Assembly: GCA_965277715.1 (NCBI GenBank)
Contig: OZ255836.1
Coordinates: 1,632,001-1,696,000, forward strand
DNA length: 64,000 nucleotides
Direction of reading: 5' to 3'
Source: Gammaproteobacteria bacterium
GTDB taxonomy: Bacteria > Pseudomonadota > Gammaproteobacteria > JBCCGL01
The notes beneath the pieces are model-generated. The model saw only the letters and a program-made list of their open reading frames with translations, did not search any database and was not told the DNA's origin. This document shows, one piece after another, positions 1 to 10,614 of the stretch (within the stretch, counting starts at the first letter, position 1; every line of letters starts with the position of its first letter). The translations under genes were made by a program, and so were the position numbers.

Positions 1-1011
1 CAGCCCCGCCTCGCGCCCATAGTAGTGTGACAGCGTGCCAAACGAATGCCCATAACCAAACGTACGGTACTGCAATAAACCGTACTCACGGAAAATATCA
101 TTCAGTGCCAGCGCAATATCACAACAACGCACCCCCGGTTTAATCAATGCTATCCCGGCCTCGTGCACGGCAACATTGGCCTCCCACAGTGTGCGGTACT
201 GATCAGCGCATTCACCTGCAAACAAGGTGCGCTCCAGGGCAGTGTAATACCCGGCAATCATGGGAAAACAATTGAGGCTGAGGATGTCGCCACGCACTAT
301 TTTCCGCGAGGTTACCGGGTTGTGCGCACCATCCGTATTAATCCCGGACTGAAACCAGGTCCAGGTATCCATTAACTCCGCGTGTGGGTAAGTATTGGCA
401 ATTTCACGCACCATAGCCCGCGTCGAGTGCAGTGCCACTTCATACTCAGGGACACCGACACCAATCGCCTCAACACACGCAGCGCCACCGACATCGGCGA
501 TGCGCGCTCCCTGGCGAATCAAATCGATTTCCTCATCGGATTTAAGCATCCGCATTGCCATTGCCGCACGGCCCACATCGACCCACTCACACGCGGGTAG
601 CGCCGTTTTTAGTTTTTCGACATTCTCAAGGTTGATATGGTCAAACTCGATACCCAAACGCTTCGCACCCTCTCCCACCTGCTGCTTTACCGCGAAAAAA
701 TAATTATCCCGCTGCCAATCGGTATACGTAATACTGTCACCCATACTGCGCCGCCACGGCTGTCCACCGTCGATGTTGGCGGCGATAGTCACGCAACTGT
801 CGTGCGAAATAAATACACCGTAGGGCCGACCAAAGGCACAATAGAGGAAATCGGTGTAATAATTAATATTGTGATATGACGTCATCAATACCGCATCGAT
901 ATCCTGGCTCGCCATATGGGCGCGCAGGCGACCGAGCCGGGACTGCATTTCAGCGGTCGAAAAAGTGCCCGATACTTTCTCACCATTGTGAATTTTCAAT
1001 AGTTGTTCCAT
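1..1011 (-). CDS. Creatinase (creatine amidinohydrolase, M24 family), 3' end runs off the window
   Basis: Manual translation, not in the ORF track: MEQLLKIHNGEK...DTWTWFQSGINTDGAHNPVT...GYGHSFGTLSHYYGREAGL, typical creatinase motifs. Confidence 0.9.
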   Translation of the reverse strand, partial: MEQLLKIHNGEKVSGTFSTAEMQSRLGRLRAHMASQDIDAVLMTSYHNINYYTDFLYCAFGRPYGVFISHDSCVTIAANIDGGQPWRRSMGDSITYTDWQRDNYFFAVKQQVGEGAKRLGIEFDHINLENVEKLKTALPACEWVDVGRAAMAMRMLKSDEEIDLIRQGARIADVGGAACVEAIGVGVPEYEVALHSTRAMVREIANTYPHAELMDTWTWFQSGINTDGAHNPVTSRKIVRGDILSLNCFPMIAGYYTALERTLFAGECADQYRTLWEANVAVHEAGIALIKPGVRCCDIALALNDIFREYGLLQYRTFGYGHSFGTLSHYYGREAGL

Positions 1012-1274
1012 GATTACACCTGTAGTTGTGAAAATGGTTGCAAGAAGTGCCTGTTGTGGCAAAGCGAATCAGTGTAAATCCTGGTAGCCGGGTGGGAATT
1101 ATCCCGCTACGACACCCGTATTGATGGGCGGATCTATGTCGCAAACAGACAACCCGCCTCTTTTTGCAACTGGCATTAACAGGTGTTCACCATTAGGTAA
1201 ACCGCGCCAAAAAGCCAAAAACTACGTAGCCAGAATAGTATTTCCAAAATAGTATTGAACAAACAGGATTAACA

Positions 1275-1805
1275 ATGAGCAGCTCCCTGCGTGACCAATT
1301 GGTAAAAGCCGGCCTGGCAAGCAAGCAAAACGCTAATGTGCTAAACGCCAAATCGAGAAAAAAACACAAAAATAAGGCGGTCGATGCACCGACTGATGTA
1401 GCCGCAAAACAAGCCGCCGAGGCAAAACGTGCAAAAGATAAAGCACTCAATGCAGCACTACAGGAAAAGCAACAGAAGGCGGCCATCAAAGGGCAAATCA
1501 AAGCCCTTATAGAAGCTCACGCGGTAAAAGAGTATAGCGGCGAAATAGCCTATAACTACATTGCCGGTACGAAAGTGCGGCAACTGTTTGTGTTACAGGA
1601 GATCCACCAAAAATTATCTTCAGGTAAGCTGGCCATTACCCGTCTAAATGGCAAAACGTACCTGATCCCCAGTACCACAGGTGAAAAAATACTGGCGCTA
1701 AACCCCAATTGGGCAGTAACCCGACCCGGTGCCGATGCAAATGAAACAACCGGTGACGACGATGATTACGCCGACTACCAGGTGCCCGACGACCTTAACT
1801 GGTAG
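1275..1805 (+). CDS. DUF2058 / YaiL family protein
   Basis: SLRDQLVKAGL N-terminus and YADYQVPDDLNW C-terminus. Confidence 0.85.
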   Translation: MSSSLRDQLVKAGLASKQNANVLNAKSRKKHKNKAVDAPTDVAAKQAAEAKRAKDKALNAALQEKQQKAAIKGQIKALIEAHAVKEYSGEIAYNYIAGTKVRQLFVLQEIHQKLSSGKLAITRLNGKTYLIPSTTGEKILALNPNWAVTRPGADANETTGDDDDYADYQVPDDLNW

Positions 1806-1823
1806 AAACAAGGAACGACCCGC

Positions 1824-3263
1824 ATGGCAACTCAACCCACATTCTACTGGCACGATTACGAAACATTCGGGATCAATCCGGCAAACGACCGCCCCGCCCA
1901 ATTTGCCGGTGTGCGTACCGATATGGATCTCAATATTCTCGGCGACCCCCTGCTTATTTATTGCAAGCCAGGTAACGACTATCTACCCTCTCCTCAGGCC
2001 TGCCTGATAACCGGTATCACGCCGACACACGCCGACCAACACGGCGTCAATGAAGCCGAATTTATCCAGCAAATACACCGGCAACTGTCCTGTCATAACA
2101 CCTGCACCATCGGCTACAACAATATTCGCTTTGATGATGAGTTTACCCGCTATACGCTGTACCGAAACTTCTTTGACCCTTACGCCCGCGAATGGAAAAA
2201 TGACAATTCGCGCTGGGATCTACTCGATGTAGTGCGTCTCACCCGTGCATTGCGCCCACAGGGGATCGTTTGGCCGGAGACGCATGAGGGCAAGGTCAGC
2301 AACAAACTGGAGCACCTCACCGCCGCCAACGGCATTGCCCATACGGCGGCACACGATGCCCTGTCTGATGTTTACGCCACGATCGCTGTGGCAAAATTAA
2401 TTCGCACCCACCAACCACGCCTCTACGACTATTTATTCAGCCACCGGGGGAAACAACAGCAGGCCGAACTGCTCAATCTACGTGAGCGCAATATGTTGGT
2501 GCACAGTAGCGGTATGTTTCCCAATACCACCCTGAACACCAGCCTGATAATGCCGTTGGCAAAACACCCGGACAATGCAAACGGGATCATCGTCTACGAC
2601 CTGCGATACGACCCTGAGCCTTTGCTGGATCTCGATGAAGAGGCAATTTATTCAAGGGTATTTACCGCCACCGCCGACCTGCCCAGCGGTCTGGAACGCA
2701 TACCACTCAAAACCGTGCACATCAATAAGTGTCCAGTGGTAACCCCCTATAAAGTGCTCGACCCCGCTTCGGCAGAGCGCATTGCTATCGACACGCAACG
2801 CTGCCAACAGCACCGGCAGCGCATTCTCGATGCAATTGATAACGTGCGTCACAAAGTGGTCAATGTGTTTTCAAGGCAACCGTTCAACACGGGACATGAC
2901 CCAGACCAGGCGCTGTATTCCGGTGGTTTTTTCAGTAGCGAAGACCGCCGTAGAATGGACGCCTTACGCGACAAATCCTCTGCGCAACTGGCGCGGTTAA
3001 AACCCCTGTTTGACGATCCCCGGATACCTGAAATGTTATTTCGCTATCGCGCCAGAAACTACCCGGAGTCCCTGAACAACGAGGAGCGCGCACAGTGGGA
3101 AAGTTTTCGACAGGAGCGTTTCTACCAATGCGGGCAAGGTACTATCAGCATGCACCGACAATTTCTCAATGACCTCGCACAGTGCCGAAGTGAACACCCG
3201 ACCCGGCAGAGCCTGTTTGATGAACTGGCCCAGTACGCTGAGCGCATTCGCCCAAAAGGATAA
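1824..3263 (+). CDS. sbcB: Exodeoxyribonuclease I
   Basis: WHDYETFG, GYNNIRFDDE, AHDALSDV DEDDh motifs and FRYRARNYP. Confidence 0.96.
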   Translation: MATQPTFYWHDYETFGINPANDRPAQFAGVRTDMDLNILGDPLLIYCKPGNDYLPSPQACLITGITPTHADQHGVNEAEFIQQIHRQLSCHNTCTIGYNNIRFDDEFTRYTLYRNFFDPYAREWKNDNSRWDLLDVVRLTRALRPQGIVWPETHEGKVSNKLEHLTAANGIAHTAAHDALSDVYATIAVAKLIRTHQPRLYDYLFSHRGKQQQAELLNLRERNMLVHSSGMFPNTTLNTSLIMPLAKHPDNANGIIVYDLRYDPEPLLDLDEEAIYSRVFTATADLPSGLERIPLKTVHINKCPVVTPYKVLDPASAERIAIDTQRCQQHRQRILDAIDNVRHKVVNVFSRQPFNTGHDPDQALYSGGFFSSEDRRRMDALRDKSSAQLARLKPLFDDPRIPEMLFRYRARNYPESLNNEERAQWESFRQERFYQCGQGTISMHRQFLNDLAQCRSEHPTRQSLFDELAQYAERIRPKG

Positions 3264-3268
3264 GCCCA

Positions 3269-4609
3269 TCAATGCACCCGGCGAGGTACTTCCTGCCGCC
3301 AGCCATGCTCAGATAACCCAGCGACGGGCAATGCCGTTTTAGCCTGAGTTATTCTGGCGAGATATATCTCATAGAGTCGAGATTTTTCAGTGGTATTCAA
3401 CCGTTTGAAAATGCGCTCTGCCTCATACCACTGGCCCTCGCGGAAATACCCAATAGCCTGATGGTGCAGCGCCAACCAGGTCAACTGCTCACCCGTCACC
3501 TGATCTTTTTGATACATTGGCTGGTATATCTTTACATAGCACGAACGCCCTTTAACTTTGATGGTATCCAACTCGCGAAACAGTGTATCCGTCATTAGTC
3601 GGCTGGCCACCTCACTGACAATAATCGGGGCATCGTAATAGCGCGTTTGGCGTTCCAGCCGCTCGGCAACATTAACCGCATCACCCACCACGGTATAAGC
3701 CATACGAAATACCGACCCCATATTACCCACATTACTCACGCCACTACTGATACCAATACCCACATGAAGATCGGGCATACCGTCACTTTGCAGTTCAATG
3801 CGCAACGAAGCCAGCTCGCGTTGAATCTCCAGTGCTGCGGATAACGCATCTGCCGCGTGGCGCTCATTGTCAAGCGGCGCCCCCCAAAATGCCATCACAC
3901 TATCACCCATATATTTATCGATAGTCCCTTTATGCCGAACAATAATTTGACTTGTTATATCAAAATAACGGTTCAGCCACAAAGCCAGCTTGCACGGCTC
4001 CAGGTGCTCAGAAATTGTGGTAAAGCCTTTAATATCACAAAACAAAACCGTGATCTCACGCGATTCGCCTTCGAGGTTAATTTTTTCTGGATTCCTGCTG
4101 TAATTGAAGGCAATTTCCGGGGGCACATATTGGCTAAAAATGCGAGTGAGTTGTTTTTTATCACAAAATTCAGCATAAAAAGACAGCCCAATATAGGCGC
4201 CGAATAACACCAGCACGGTGATTAATTTAAACTCAAGGGTTATTCCACCACCAAACACGCTGTTTATATGGATTAATACCAAAAACGCTGACGCCACCAA
4301 CGTCGAAATCGAAGCGCGTACGGGACGAAAATAAGGAAGACCTGCCGCCAGTAAAAAAAAGATTAATTGTGAAAGCCAGAATGTGCGGTTTTTCGCTAAC
4401 AGCCCTGTTGTGGCATCACTTAAATTCTCTGGCCGAAACGCAAACAATAACGAGGCATTGCTGCGCTGCAAAGACGTATCCCAGGACACGCTAAAGTGAA
4501 TGTAAAACACACCAAATACACACAACAATAGCAACAGGCACACCAACAGCAAAATACCGGCATTGGGCAGGCTACGCCTGTTCGGTTGAAAAATAGTAAT
4601 GGCTTGCAC
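3269..4609 (-). CDS. Membrane-anchored class III adenylate/guanylate cyclase
   Basis: N-terminal hydrophobic helices, LFCDIKGFT, DKYMGDSVMAFWGAP, YTVVGDAVNVAERLE. Confidence 0.88.
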   Translation of the reverse strand: MQAITIFQPNRRSLPNAGILLLVCLLLLLCVFGVFYIHFSVSWDTSLQRSNASLLFAFRPENLSDATTGLLAKNRTFWLSQLIFFLLAAGLPYFRPVRASISTLVASAFLVLIHINSVFGGGITLEFKLITVLVLFGAYIGLSFYAEFCDKKQLTRIFSQYVPPEIAFNYSRNPEKINLEGESREITVLFCDIKGFTTISEHLEPCKLALWLNRYFDITSQIIVRHKGTIDKYMGDSVMAFWGAPLDNERHAADALSAALEIQRELASLRIELQSDGMPDLHVGIGISSGVSNVGNMGSVFRMAYTVVGDAVNVAERLERQTRYYDAPIIVSEVASRLMTDTLFRELDTIKVKGRSCYVKIYQPMYQKDQVTGEQLTWLALHHQAIGYFREGQWYEAERIFKRLNTTEKSRLYEIYLARITQAKTALPVAGLSEHGWRQEVPRRVH

Positions 4610-4819
4610 CAGGTAAAACCACCTCGGCTGAGCATCGGTTACTGATAAGCTCCTTATCGGCCATTAATACGGTAACATGAATGAGTACACCGTCTGCCTT
4701 ATATTGCCGGGTATTACCAATCCTATCTACCCAGGCCGGTCTTTAAGAAATTAATTTACGCGCATTTCAGCCGTGCTATATTTCTGCACCGTGGTACGGC
4801 AACAAAGACAACACACACT

Positions 4820-5566
4820 ATGACAGTAAAACGCATTGCACTGGTCACCGGGGGTATAGGCGGCCTGGGAACCGCTATTTGCCAGGCGCTGGCGGGTATC
4901 GATTACCGCGTCATTGCTAACTATCACCCCGATTCTGCCGTGGCAGCAACACAATGGCAGCAGGCACAGCGCGCACGGGGGTTTGACTTCACCATCAGCG
5001 CCGCCGACGTCAGCAAGCATCAGGACTGTCTGCATATGCTCGAATCACTACAGACTGACATCGGTGCAATCGACTGCCTGATCAATAACGCCGGTATTAC
5101 CCGTGACACACGCCTACAAAAAATGCAGCCCGATCAATGGCTGGCCGTTATCAACACTAACCTCAACAGTCTGTTTAATATGACCCACCGCCTTGTCGAA
5201 GGCATGTCGGAACGGGGGTTTGGCCGCATTATCAATATCTCCTCCGTCAGCGGTCAGCGCGGCCAGTTTGGGCAAACCAACTACGCCGCCGCCAAAGCGG
5301 GGGTTCATGGGTTTACAATGGCGCTGGCACGGGAAGTCGCCAGCAAAGGGATTACCGTCAATTCGATTTCACCGGGGTATATCGCCACCCAAATGGTACA
5401 GACAATGCGCGAAGATATTCTGACGCAAGTGGTTGAACAAATTCCCGTTGGGCGGCTGGGTGAACCACAGGAAATTGGCCGTACTGTGGCGTTTCTTGCA
5501 CACGACGATGCAGGCTATATCACCGGCAGCGATTTTTGTATTAACGGTGGCCTGCACATGCAGTAA
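4820..5566 (+). CDS. phaB: Acetoacetyl-CoA reductase
   Basis: SDR TGGIGGLG, NNAGITRD, GQFGQTNYAAAKAG, INGGLHM. Confidence 0.88.
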   Translation: MTVKRIALVTGGIGGLGTAICQALAGIDYRVIANYHPDSAVAATQWQQAQRARGFDFTISAADVSKHQDCLHMLESLQTDIGAIDCLINNAGITRDTRLQKMQPDQWLAVINTNLNSLFNMTHRLVEGMSERGFGRIINISSVSGQRGQFGQTNYAAAKAGVHGFTMALAREVASKGITVNSISPGYIATQMVQTMREDILTQVVEQIPVGRLGEPQEIGRTVAFLAHDDAGYITGSDFCINGGLHMQ

Positions 5567-5614
5567 ACCAGGGTAGCCAACCAAAACATCCGCACCAAGA
5601 GGAAAACCACAACC

Positions 5615-6319
5615 ATGAGCACTTGCACAATCCACAGCTACGAACTCGGGCCGATGGAAAACTACATCTACCTGATCCACGACCACGCCAGCAATCGCGC
5701 CGCTGTCGTCGATCCCGCCTGGGATATACCCAGTGTGGTCACAGCGGCCAAATCACTGGGCGCAACAATCAGCGATGTGTTCATTACACACAGCCACAAT
5801 GACCATATCAATGGCCTGGACGCGTTGCGTCAACACTACCCGCTAAACGTGCATATATCCCATGAGGAAGCCGATTTTTGGCAATCGACACCCGCCGATG
5901 CTATTCGACATGAGGACGGTGAAAAAATACAGCTCGGTGACACACAAGTAACCTGGATGCTGACACCGGGGCACACACCGGGGTCCGCCTGCCTGTACGT
6001 AGACGAAAAGCTGATAGCCGGTGACACATTATTTATCTTTGGTTGCGGCCGGTGCGACCTGCAAGGGGGTGACCCAAAGCAGATGTACCAATCACTTCAA
6101 TCCCTGAAAACCCGCATTCCAGAAAACACCATCGTACTACCTGGCCACAATTATTCTGACCGCCCCAGCTCAACGATGGACGTACAACTGCAAGGCAACC
6201 CTTTTCTACACTGGGATACCGAAGAGGGGTTTATTCGCTACCGTATGGACGTGCACGACAAAATACGCGACACCCCCTATGGTCCCGTTACCCGTGAGGA
6301 ATTAGCGCAGGTAATGTAA
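5615..6319 (+). CDS. MBL-fold metallo-hydrolase (glyoxalase II / persulfide dioxygenase-like)
   Basis: THSHNDHING, TPGHTPG, GDTLF motifs. Confidence 0.85.
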   Translation: MSTCTIHSYELGPMENYIYLIHDHASNRAAVVDPAWDIPSVVTAAKSLGATISDVFITHSHNDHINGLDALRQHYPLNVHISHEEADFWQSTPADAIRHEDGEKIQLGDTQVTWMLTPGHTPGSACLYVDEKLIAGDTLFIFGCGRCDLQGGDPKQMYQSLQSLKTRIPENTIVLPGHNYSDRPSSTMDVQLQGNPFLHWDTEEGFIRYRMDVHDKIRDTPYGPVTREELAQVM

Positions 6320-7169
6320 GCAGTGCAATCGACACAGCGCAAATGACCAGCGCACGCACAACCAACCGCTTCGCCGCACGGATATCCCCGATGGAAACTG
6401 ACTGCCCTGGCGGCAACGCCAGGGCCGCCATACCCGCATCGGATAGGGCGGCATTATTGCACTCAAAAAGCGATGCGTGTTCAGCCCTCGGTCCTGGGCA
6501 AAGCATTTCCACCAGCGTGCCATCAAACTTACCCGCCAGTGCATAAGCCAGCATTAACATCCGTGCGGGTAGCCAGGTAAGCACCCCTATAAAAGTCAAT
6601 AAATACCCTATTGATTTTTCATTAATTTGAACGCTGTCTGCCGATTTATCAACCAACTGTAAAGCGACGCGGTACAGCACCGCCGCAAATGGCCCCAGCA
6701 CAGCAAACCAAAATACAACAGTAACAATCTGCGTATTAGCCTGTGCAAATATCGCCCGCACTACCGTGCTGTGGGTTGTCGCCTCGCCAGCAGACGCCAT
6801 ACGGCCAACCAACCGCTGAGCACAGTTATTCAACGCCACCTCTTCGCCGCTATCAACAGCCTGTAAATAGGCTTCAGCCTCAGCCTCCAGTGGCAGTGGG
6901 CCAAAACACACAAACAGCACAGCAACCGACCAGATAAACGTCAACACCCCAGAAGATAAATCCCCGACCCACCCATCAATCCACCAGGCCACAACCGCAG
7001 GTACTAACATCATTGATAGTACAACCAACAGCCCCAACCAGTAGCTGCCACGTACACGACTAAGACCGACACCAAGCCATTGATTAATAAACTCCAGCGA
7101 GCGCAGGGATTTGCCTACATCGACGCAGCGATCGAGAAAGACACTGGCGATGATTACAATTAATGTCAT
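6288..7169 (-). CDS. ampE: Regulatory signaling modulator AmpE (CbiB-like membrane protein)
   Basis: Hydrophobic protein with FWFAVLGP..A.LYR and WLPAR, directly downstream of ampD. Confidence 0.8.
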   Translation of the reverse strand: MTLIVIIASVFLDRCVDVGKSLRSLEFINQWLGVGLSRVRGSYWLGLLVVLSMMLVPAVVAWWIDGWVGDLSSGVLTFIWSVAVLFVCFGPLPLEAEAEAYLQAVDSGEEVALNNCAQRLVGRMASAGEATTHSTVVRAIFAQANTQIVTVVFWFAVLGPFAAVLYRVALQLVDKSADSVQINEKSIGYLLTFIGVLTWLPARMLMLAYALAGKFDGTLVEMLCPGPRAEHASLFECNNAALSDAGMAALALPPGQSVSIGDIRAAKRLVVRALVICAVSIALLTLPALIPHG

Positions 7170-7207
7170 GGCTTATATTCCAGGGTTTTATTGTTATTTA
7201 TTGACAC

Positions 7208-7795
7208 TTAAGACGGGGATCTATCCAGGTAGCTATCCAATAAACCGCGAAAATGGCTCCAATTAAACGCCATTCCCGGATCAGTCTTTCGCCCAGGGGC
7301 AATATCGGCATGGCCCACAATGCGCTCAGCGCTGATATCAGGATAAGTGTTTATCAAATTGACCACAACGTCAGCCAGCACTTCGTATTGAATCTCCTGA
7401 TACGGCTGTTCATCCGTGCCTTCAAGCTCAATACCAATCGAAAAATCATTGCACGCCTCGCGCCCACAATAACTTGATACACCCGCGTGCCAGGCGCGGC
7501 GGTGAAACGGCACGTATTGAACCACCTCACCATCGCGGCGAATCAGCAGATGGGCTGATACCCGCAGCGAGGTTAGACCGGCAAAGTAATCGTCCACCAA
7601 AGGATCGAGTGTATTGCTAAACAACGCATCGATATACGGCCCACCAAACTGCCCCGGTGGCAGGCTGATATTGTGGATAACCAATAAATCGGTCACCGCT
7701 TGTGACCGCTCATCACAGTTCGGCGAAGGGCATTGCCGCGCTTTCTGCAACAGCCCGGTTTCACTGTTTATATTCACCTGTTTACCTACACTCAC
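7208..7795 (-). CDS. ampD: 1,6-anhydro-N-acetylmuramyl-L-alanine amidase
   Basis: IHNISLPPG, VSAH, RAWHAGVS, NDFSIGIELEG, GHADIAPGRKTDPG. Confidence 0.96.
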   Translation of the reverse strand: MSVGKQVNINSETGLLQKARQCPSPNCDERSQAVTDLLVIHNISLPPGQFGGPYIDALFSNTLDPLVDDYFAGLTSLRVSAHLLIRRDGEVVQYVPFHRRAWHAGVSSYCGREACNDFSIGIELEGTDEQPYQEIQYEVLADVVVNLINTYPDISAERIVGHADIAPGRKTDPGMAFNWSHFRGLLDSYLDRSPS

Positions 7796-7893
7796 TATTT
7801 AGACCTAAATTAGATTACTCAGTGACCACAACAACCGTTAAAATCGCAGGCTTTTTGCACACTCTCCCCGCCTTCGGAAACGCACTCAGTTAT

Positions 7894-9924
7894 ATGATAG
7901 ACCTCAATCCCCAGCAACGGGCAGCCGTCAAACACAGTGGCACACCACTATTGGTACTGGCCGGTGCAGGCAGTGGAAAAACCGGCGTGATCACCCACAA
8001 AATAGCCTACCTTATCAAACAACTGGGGGTTGCTGAACAACATATTTACGCCGTCACCTTTACCAACAAAGCCGCCCAGGAAATGAAGCGCCGGGTCAAC
8101 GCCCTATTAAAAGCGACGCGGGAAAAGCCCTCACGCAAACGCGGCCTGAATATCTCGACATTCCACACACTGGGCCTGCGCATGTTACAACGCGACAGCC
8201 AGCACCTGGGGTTTCGTCGTGGCTTTACCCTGATGGATAACACTGACAGCCTCACCGCACTCAAAGAACTGAGCAACGACAACAGCCTCAGCGAAGACGA
8301 CAACGCTGTGCGCAACATTATCTCGCGTTGGAAAAACGACTTCATCACCCCCGAGCAGGCGTTAAAAACCAGCGAAGACGAGCGCAGCCACCACGCGGCC
8401 AAACTATATGCCCGCTATGTGAAACTACTGCACGCTTATAACGCGATGGATTTTGATGATTTGATTTCCCTGCCAGTACTGCTATTGCAGGAAAACCCTG
8501 AACTTTGTGAATATTGGCAAAATCAGGTGCGCCACCTATTGGTAGACGAATACCAGGATACCAACGCAGCCCAGTATACCTTAGTGAAGCTGCTGGTAGG
8601 TAAAGTCGGCGAGCTGACGGCGGTGGGCGACGACGACCAATCGATTTACACCTGGCGGGGCGCACGCCCGGAAAACCTGGTGCAATTGCAAACTGATTTT
8701 CCCCGTTTGAAACTCATCAAGCTGGAGCAAAACTACCGTTCCACCAGCCGCATTCTCGGCTGCGCCAACCACTTGATTGCCAGCAACCCCCATGTGTTTG
8801 AAAAAACCTTATGGAGTAACTTGGGTATCGGCGACAAACTGCGGGTTATGCCCGTCAACACGGGTGACGACGAAGCCGACTGGGTTGCCAGTGACATTCT
8901 GACCCGCGCTTTTCGCAATAATATCAGTTACGGCGAATTTGCCGTGCTCTATCGCAGTAATTTTCAGTCACGCGTTTTTGAACGCGCCCTGCGGGAAAAA
9001 CAAATCCCCTACCAGGTCAGCGGTGGCACCTCCTTTTTCGAGCGGGCGGAAATTAAAGACGTGCTCGCCTACCTAAGACTAATGATCAACCCAGATGATG
9101 ACACAGCCTTCCTCCGCATAGTGAATACACCACGGCGTGAAATTGGTGCCAATACATTGGAAAAAGTAGGCCATTATGCCCGCGAGCGCAGCATTGGTAT
9201 GCTCGCCGCCTGCCATGAGTTTGGCCTGAGTCAAACGCTTGGCAGCAGGCCCAGGGAGCGGCTGGAAAACTTCGCCAACTGGATAACCCTGATCACAGAC
9301 AACGCAGAGCGCGGTGGCGATGCCGTCGAAACAGTGCGCAACCTACTCGACGATATTCAATACGAGGCCTGGCTGCGCGATACCGCCAACAGTATAAAGT
9401 CGGCTGAAACGCGCTGGAAAAACGTGCAGGAGCTGGTCGATTGGATCGAACGGCTGGCGAGCGATGAAGAACACCGTGACCGCTCATTAAGTGACATCGT
9501 TTCGCACATTACCTTAATGGATATTCTCGCACGTAACGATGACGGGCAAACAACGGATATGGTTAACGTCATGACACTACACGCGGCCAAAGGGTTAGAG
9601 TTCACCCACGTTTATATGGTGGGGGTGGAAGAGGAGCTACTGCCCCACCGCAGCAGTATCGAAGACGATAACATCGAAGAGGAGCGGCGCCTCGCTTATG
9701 TCGGTATCACCCGCGCCCAAAAAACCCTGACCCTGTGTCACGCCAGGCAGCGACAAAAATACGGTGAGCTGATCGACTGCGAACCGAGTCGCTTCCTCGT
9801 TGAATTGCCGGAGGAGGACCTACACTGGCTGGATGGCAAAAAAGCCCAACTCGATGGCCCGGCGCAAGCGCAATCTTCGCGCAACCACCTGGCTGACCTG
9901 CGCGCACTACTCAGCCAGAATTAA
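7894..9924 (+). CDS. rep: ATP-dependent DNA helicase Rep (UvrD family)
   Basis: LNPQQ, AGAGSGKT, VDEYQDTN, TLHAAKGLEF, EEERRLAYVGITRA, short C-terminus; start moved to ATG 7894. Confidence 0.9.
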   Translation: MIDLNPQQRAAVKHSGTPLLVLAGAGSGKTGVITHKIAYLIKQLGVAEQHIYAVTFTNKAAQEMKRRVNALLKATREKPSRKRGLNISTFHTLGLRMLQRDSQHLGFRRGFTLMDNTDSLTALKELSNDNSLSEDDNAVRNIISRWKNDFITPEQALKTSEDERSHHAAKLYARYVKLLHAYNAMDFDDLISLPVLLLQENPELCEYWQNQVRHLLVDEYQDTNAAQYTLVKLLVGKVGELTAVGDDDQSIYTWRGARPENLVQLQTDFPRLKLIKLEQNYRSTSRILGCANHLIASNPHVFEKTLWSNLGIGDKLRVMPVNTGDDEADWVASDILTRAFRNNISYGEFAVLYRSNFQSRVFERALREKQIPYQVSGGTSFFERAEIKDVLAYLRLMINPDDDTAFLRIVNTPRREIGANTLEKVGHYARERSIGMLAACHEFGLSQTLGSRPRERLENFANWITLITDNAERGGDAVETVRNLLDDIQYEAWLRDTANSIKSAETRWKNVQELVDWIERLASDEEHRDRSLSDIVSHITLMDILARNDDGQTTDMVNVMTLHAAKGLEFTHVYMVGVEEELLPHRSSIEDDNIEEERRLAYVGITRAQKTLTLCHARQRQKYGELIDCEPSRFLVELPEEDLHWLDGKKAQLDGPAQAQSSRNHLADLRALLSQN

Positions 9925-10053
9925 CCCGTCAAGTCCGTAGCGAATGGTTCAATGCATCAATTCCCCACTGATACCAAAGTCGGCAATTACCGTTTCTAAC
10001 AACGATGCCTGTGACGGATCGACATCTAAGGGTATTATTTGCGATCATAGTAA

Positions 10054-10200
10054 TCAGTTGTGCAATGTTGCTTGTGCAGATAGAGGAATAACGACCCTGG
10101 AATTCAAATCACTTAATAGATCGTTTTGAACATCGGCAAATTAAGGGTAGACTTTTCTTGAGTTTTTATTGTTACTTTTGTAAAGGGTAAACTGCTTCAT
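10054..10200 (-). pseudogene. ccdB: CcdB-family toxin pseudogene
   Basis: MKQFTLYKSNNKNSRKVYP*FADVQNDLLSDLNSRVVIPL; in-frame TAA at 10141-10143 and a further stop at 10054. Confidence 0.75.
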
Positions 10201-10440
10201 AATTCCCTATACGGATCAGAAAATAGACCATTATTTTCAACAAGTTCATTTAGGGAAGCTATCGCCGTTATATTCTCTTCTAACCATTCTTCACGGGCTG
10301 AGAGGCAAACCTGAACGTCAAGTGCAGACGCCAATGCGGCGGATAAATTAATCTTTAAATCTCGAGCTTTTTTAGCAAATCATTGTTTATGCTAAGATTT
10401 GTTGGTTTTTTAGGGGCGTTATGGTCAGAGGTATAATATA
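10197..10440 (-). pseudogene. ccdA: CcdA-family antitoxin, frameshifted
   Basis: KKPTNLSINNDLL / ARDLKINLSAAL...EEWLEENITAIASLNELVENNGLFSDPYREL*; frame break in the homopolymer at 10368-10373; stop overlaps the ccdB ATG; start uncertain. Confidence 0.75.
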
Positions 10441-10565
10441 TGTCAACAACCTCAAAGTAAGATACGCATAGTGAGTGCGCATTAAAGCGTAACATATAGC
10501 GCCAGTACACCGTCTACCTTACCAGCGCCGTACTCCCCCCTGTTACGAGAATCGCTCGAATGTAA

Positions 10566-10592
10566 AACAGGCCAGCAACATTGCTGGCCTGT
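10566..10592 (-). terminator. Hairpin terminator downstream of the CHRD gene
   Basis: Inverted repeat ACAGGCCAGCAA-cA-TTGCTGGCCTGT with a T run on the minus strand. Confidence 0.65.
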
Positions 10593-10614
10593 CTCGTTAA
10601 GGGATTGTCAGCGC

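Noticed and set aside
163-879. Plus-strand ORFs here and the many short antisense ORFs across the window
   Set aside because: They are shadows of well-supported genes on the opposite strand or in another frame.
1012-1270. Riboswitch or regulator boxes upstream of creatinase
   Set aside because: No consensus that I can recognise with confidence.
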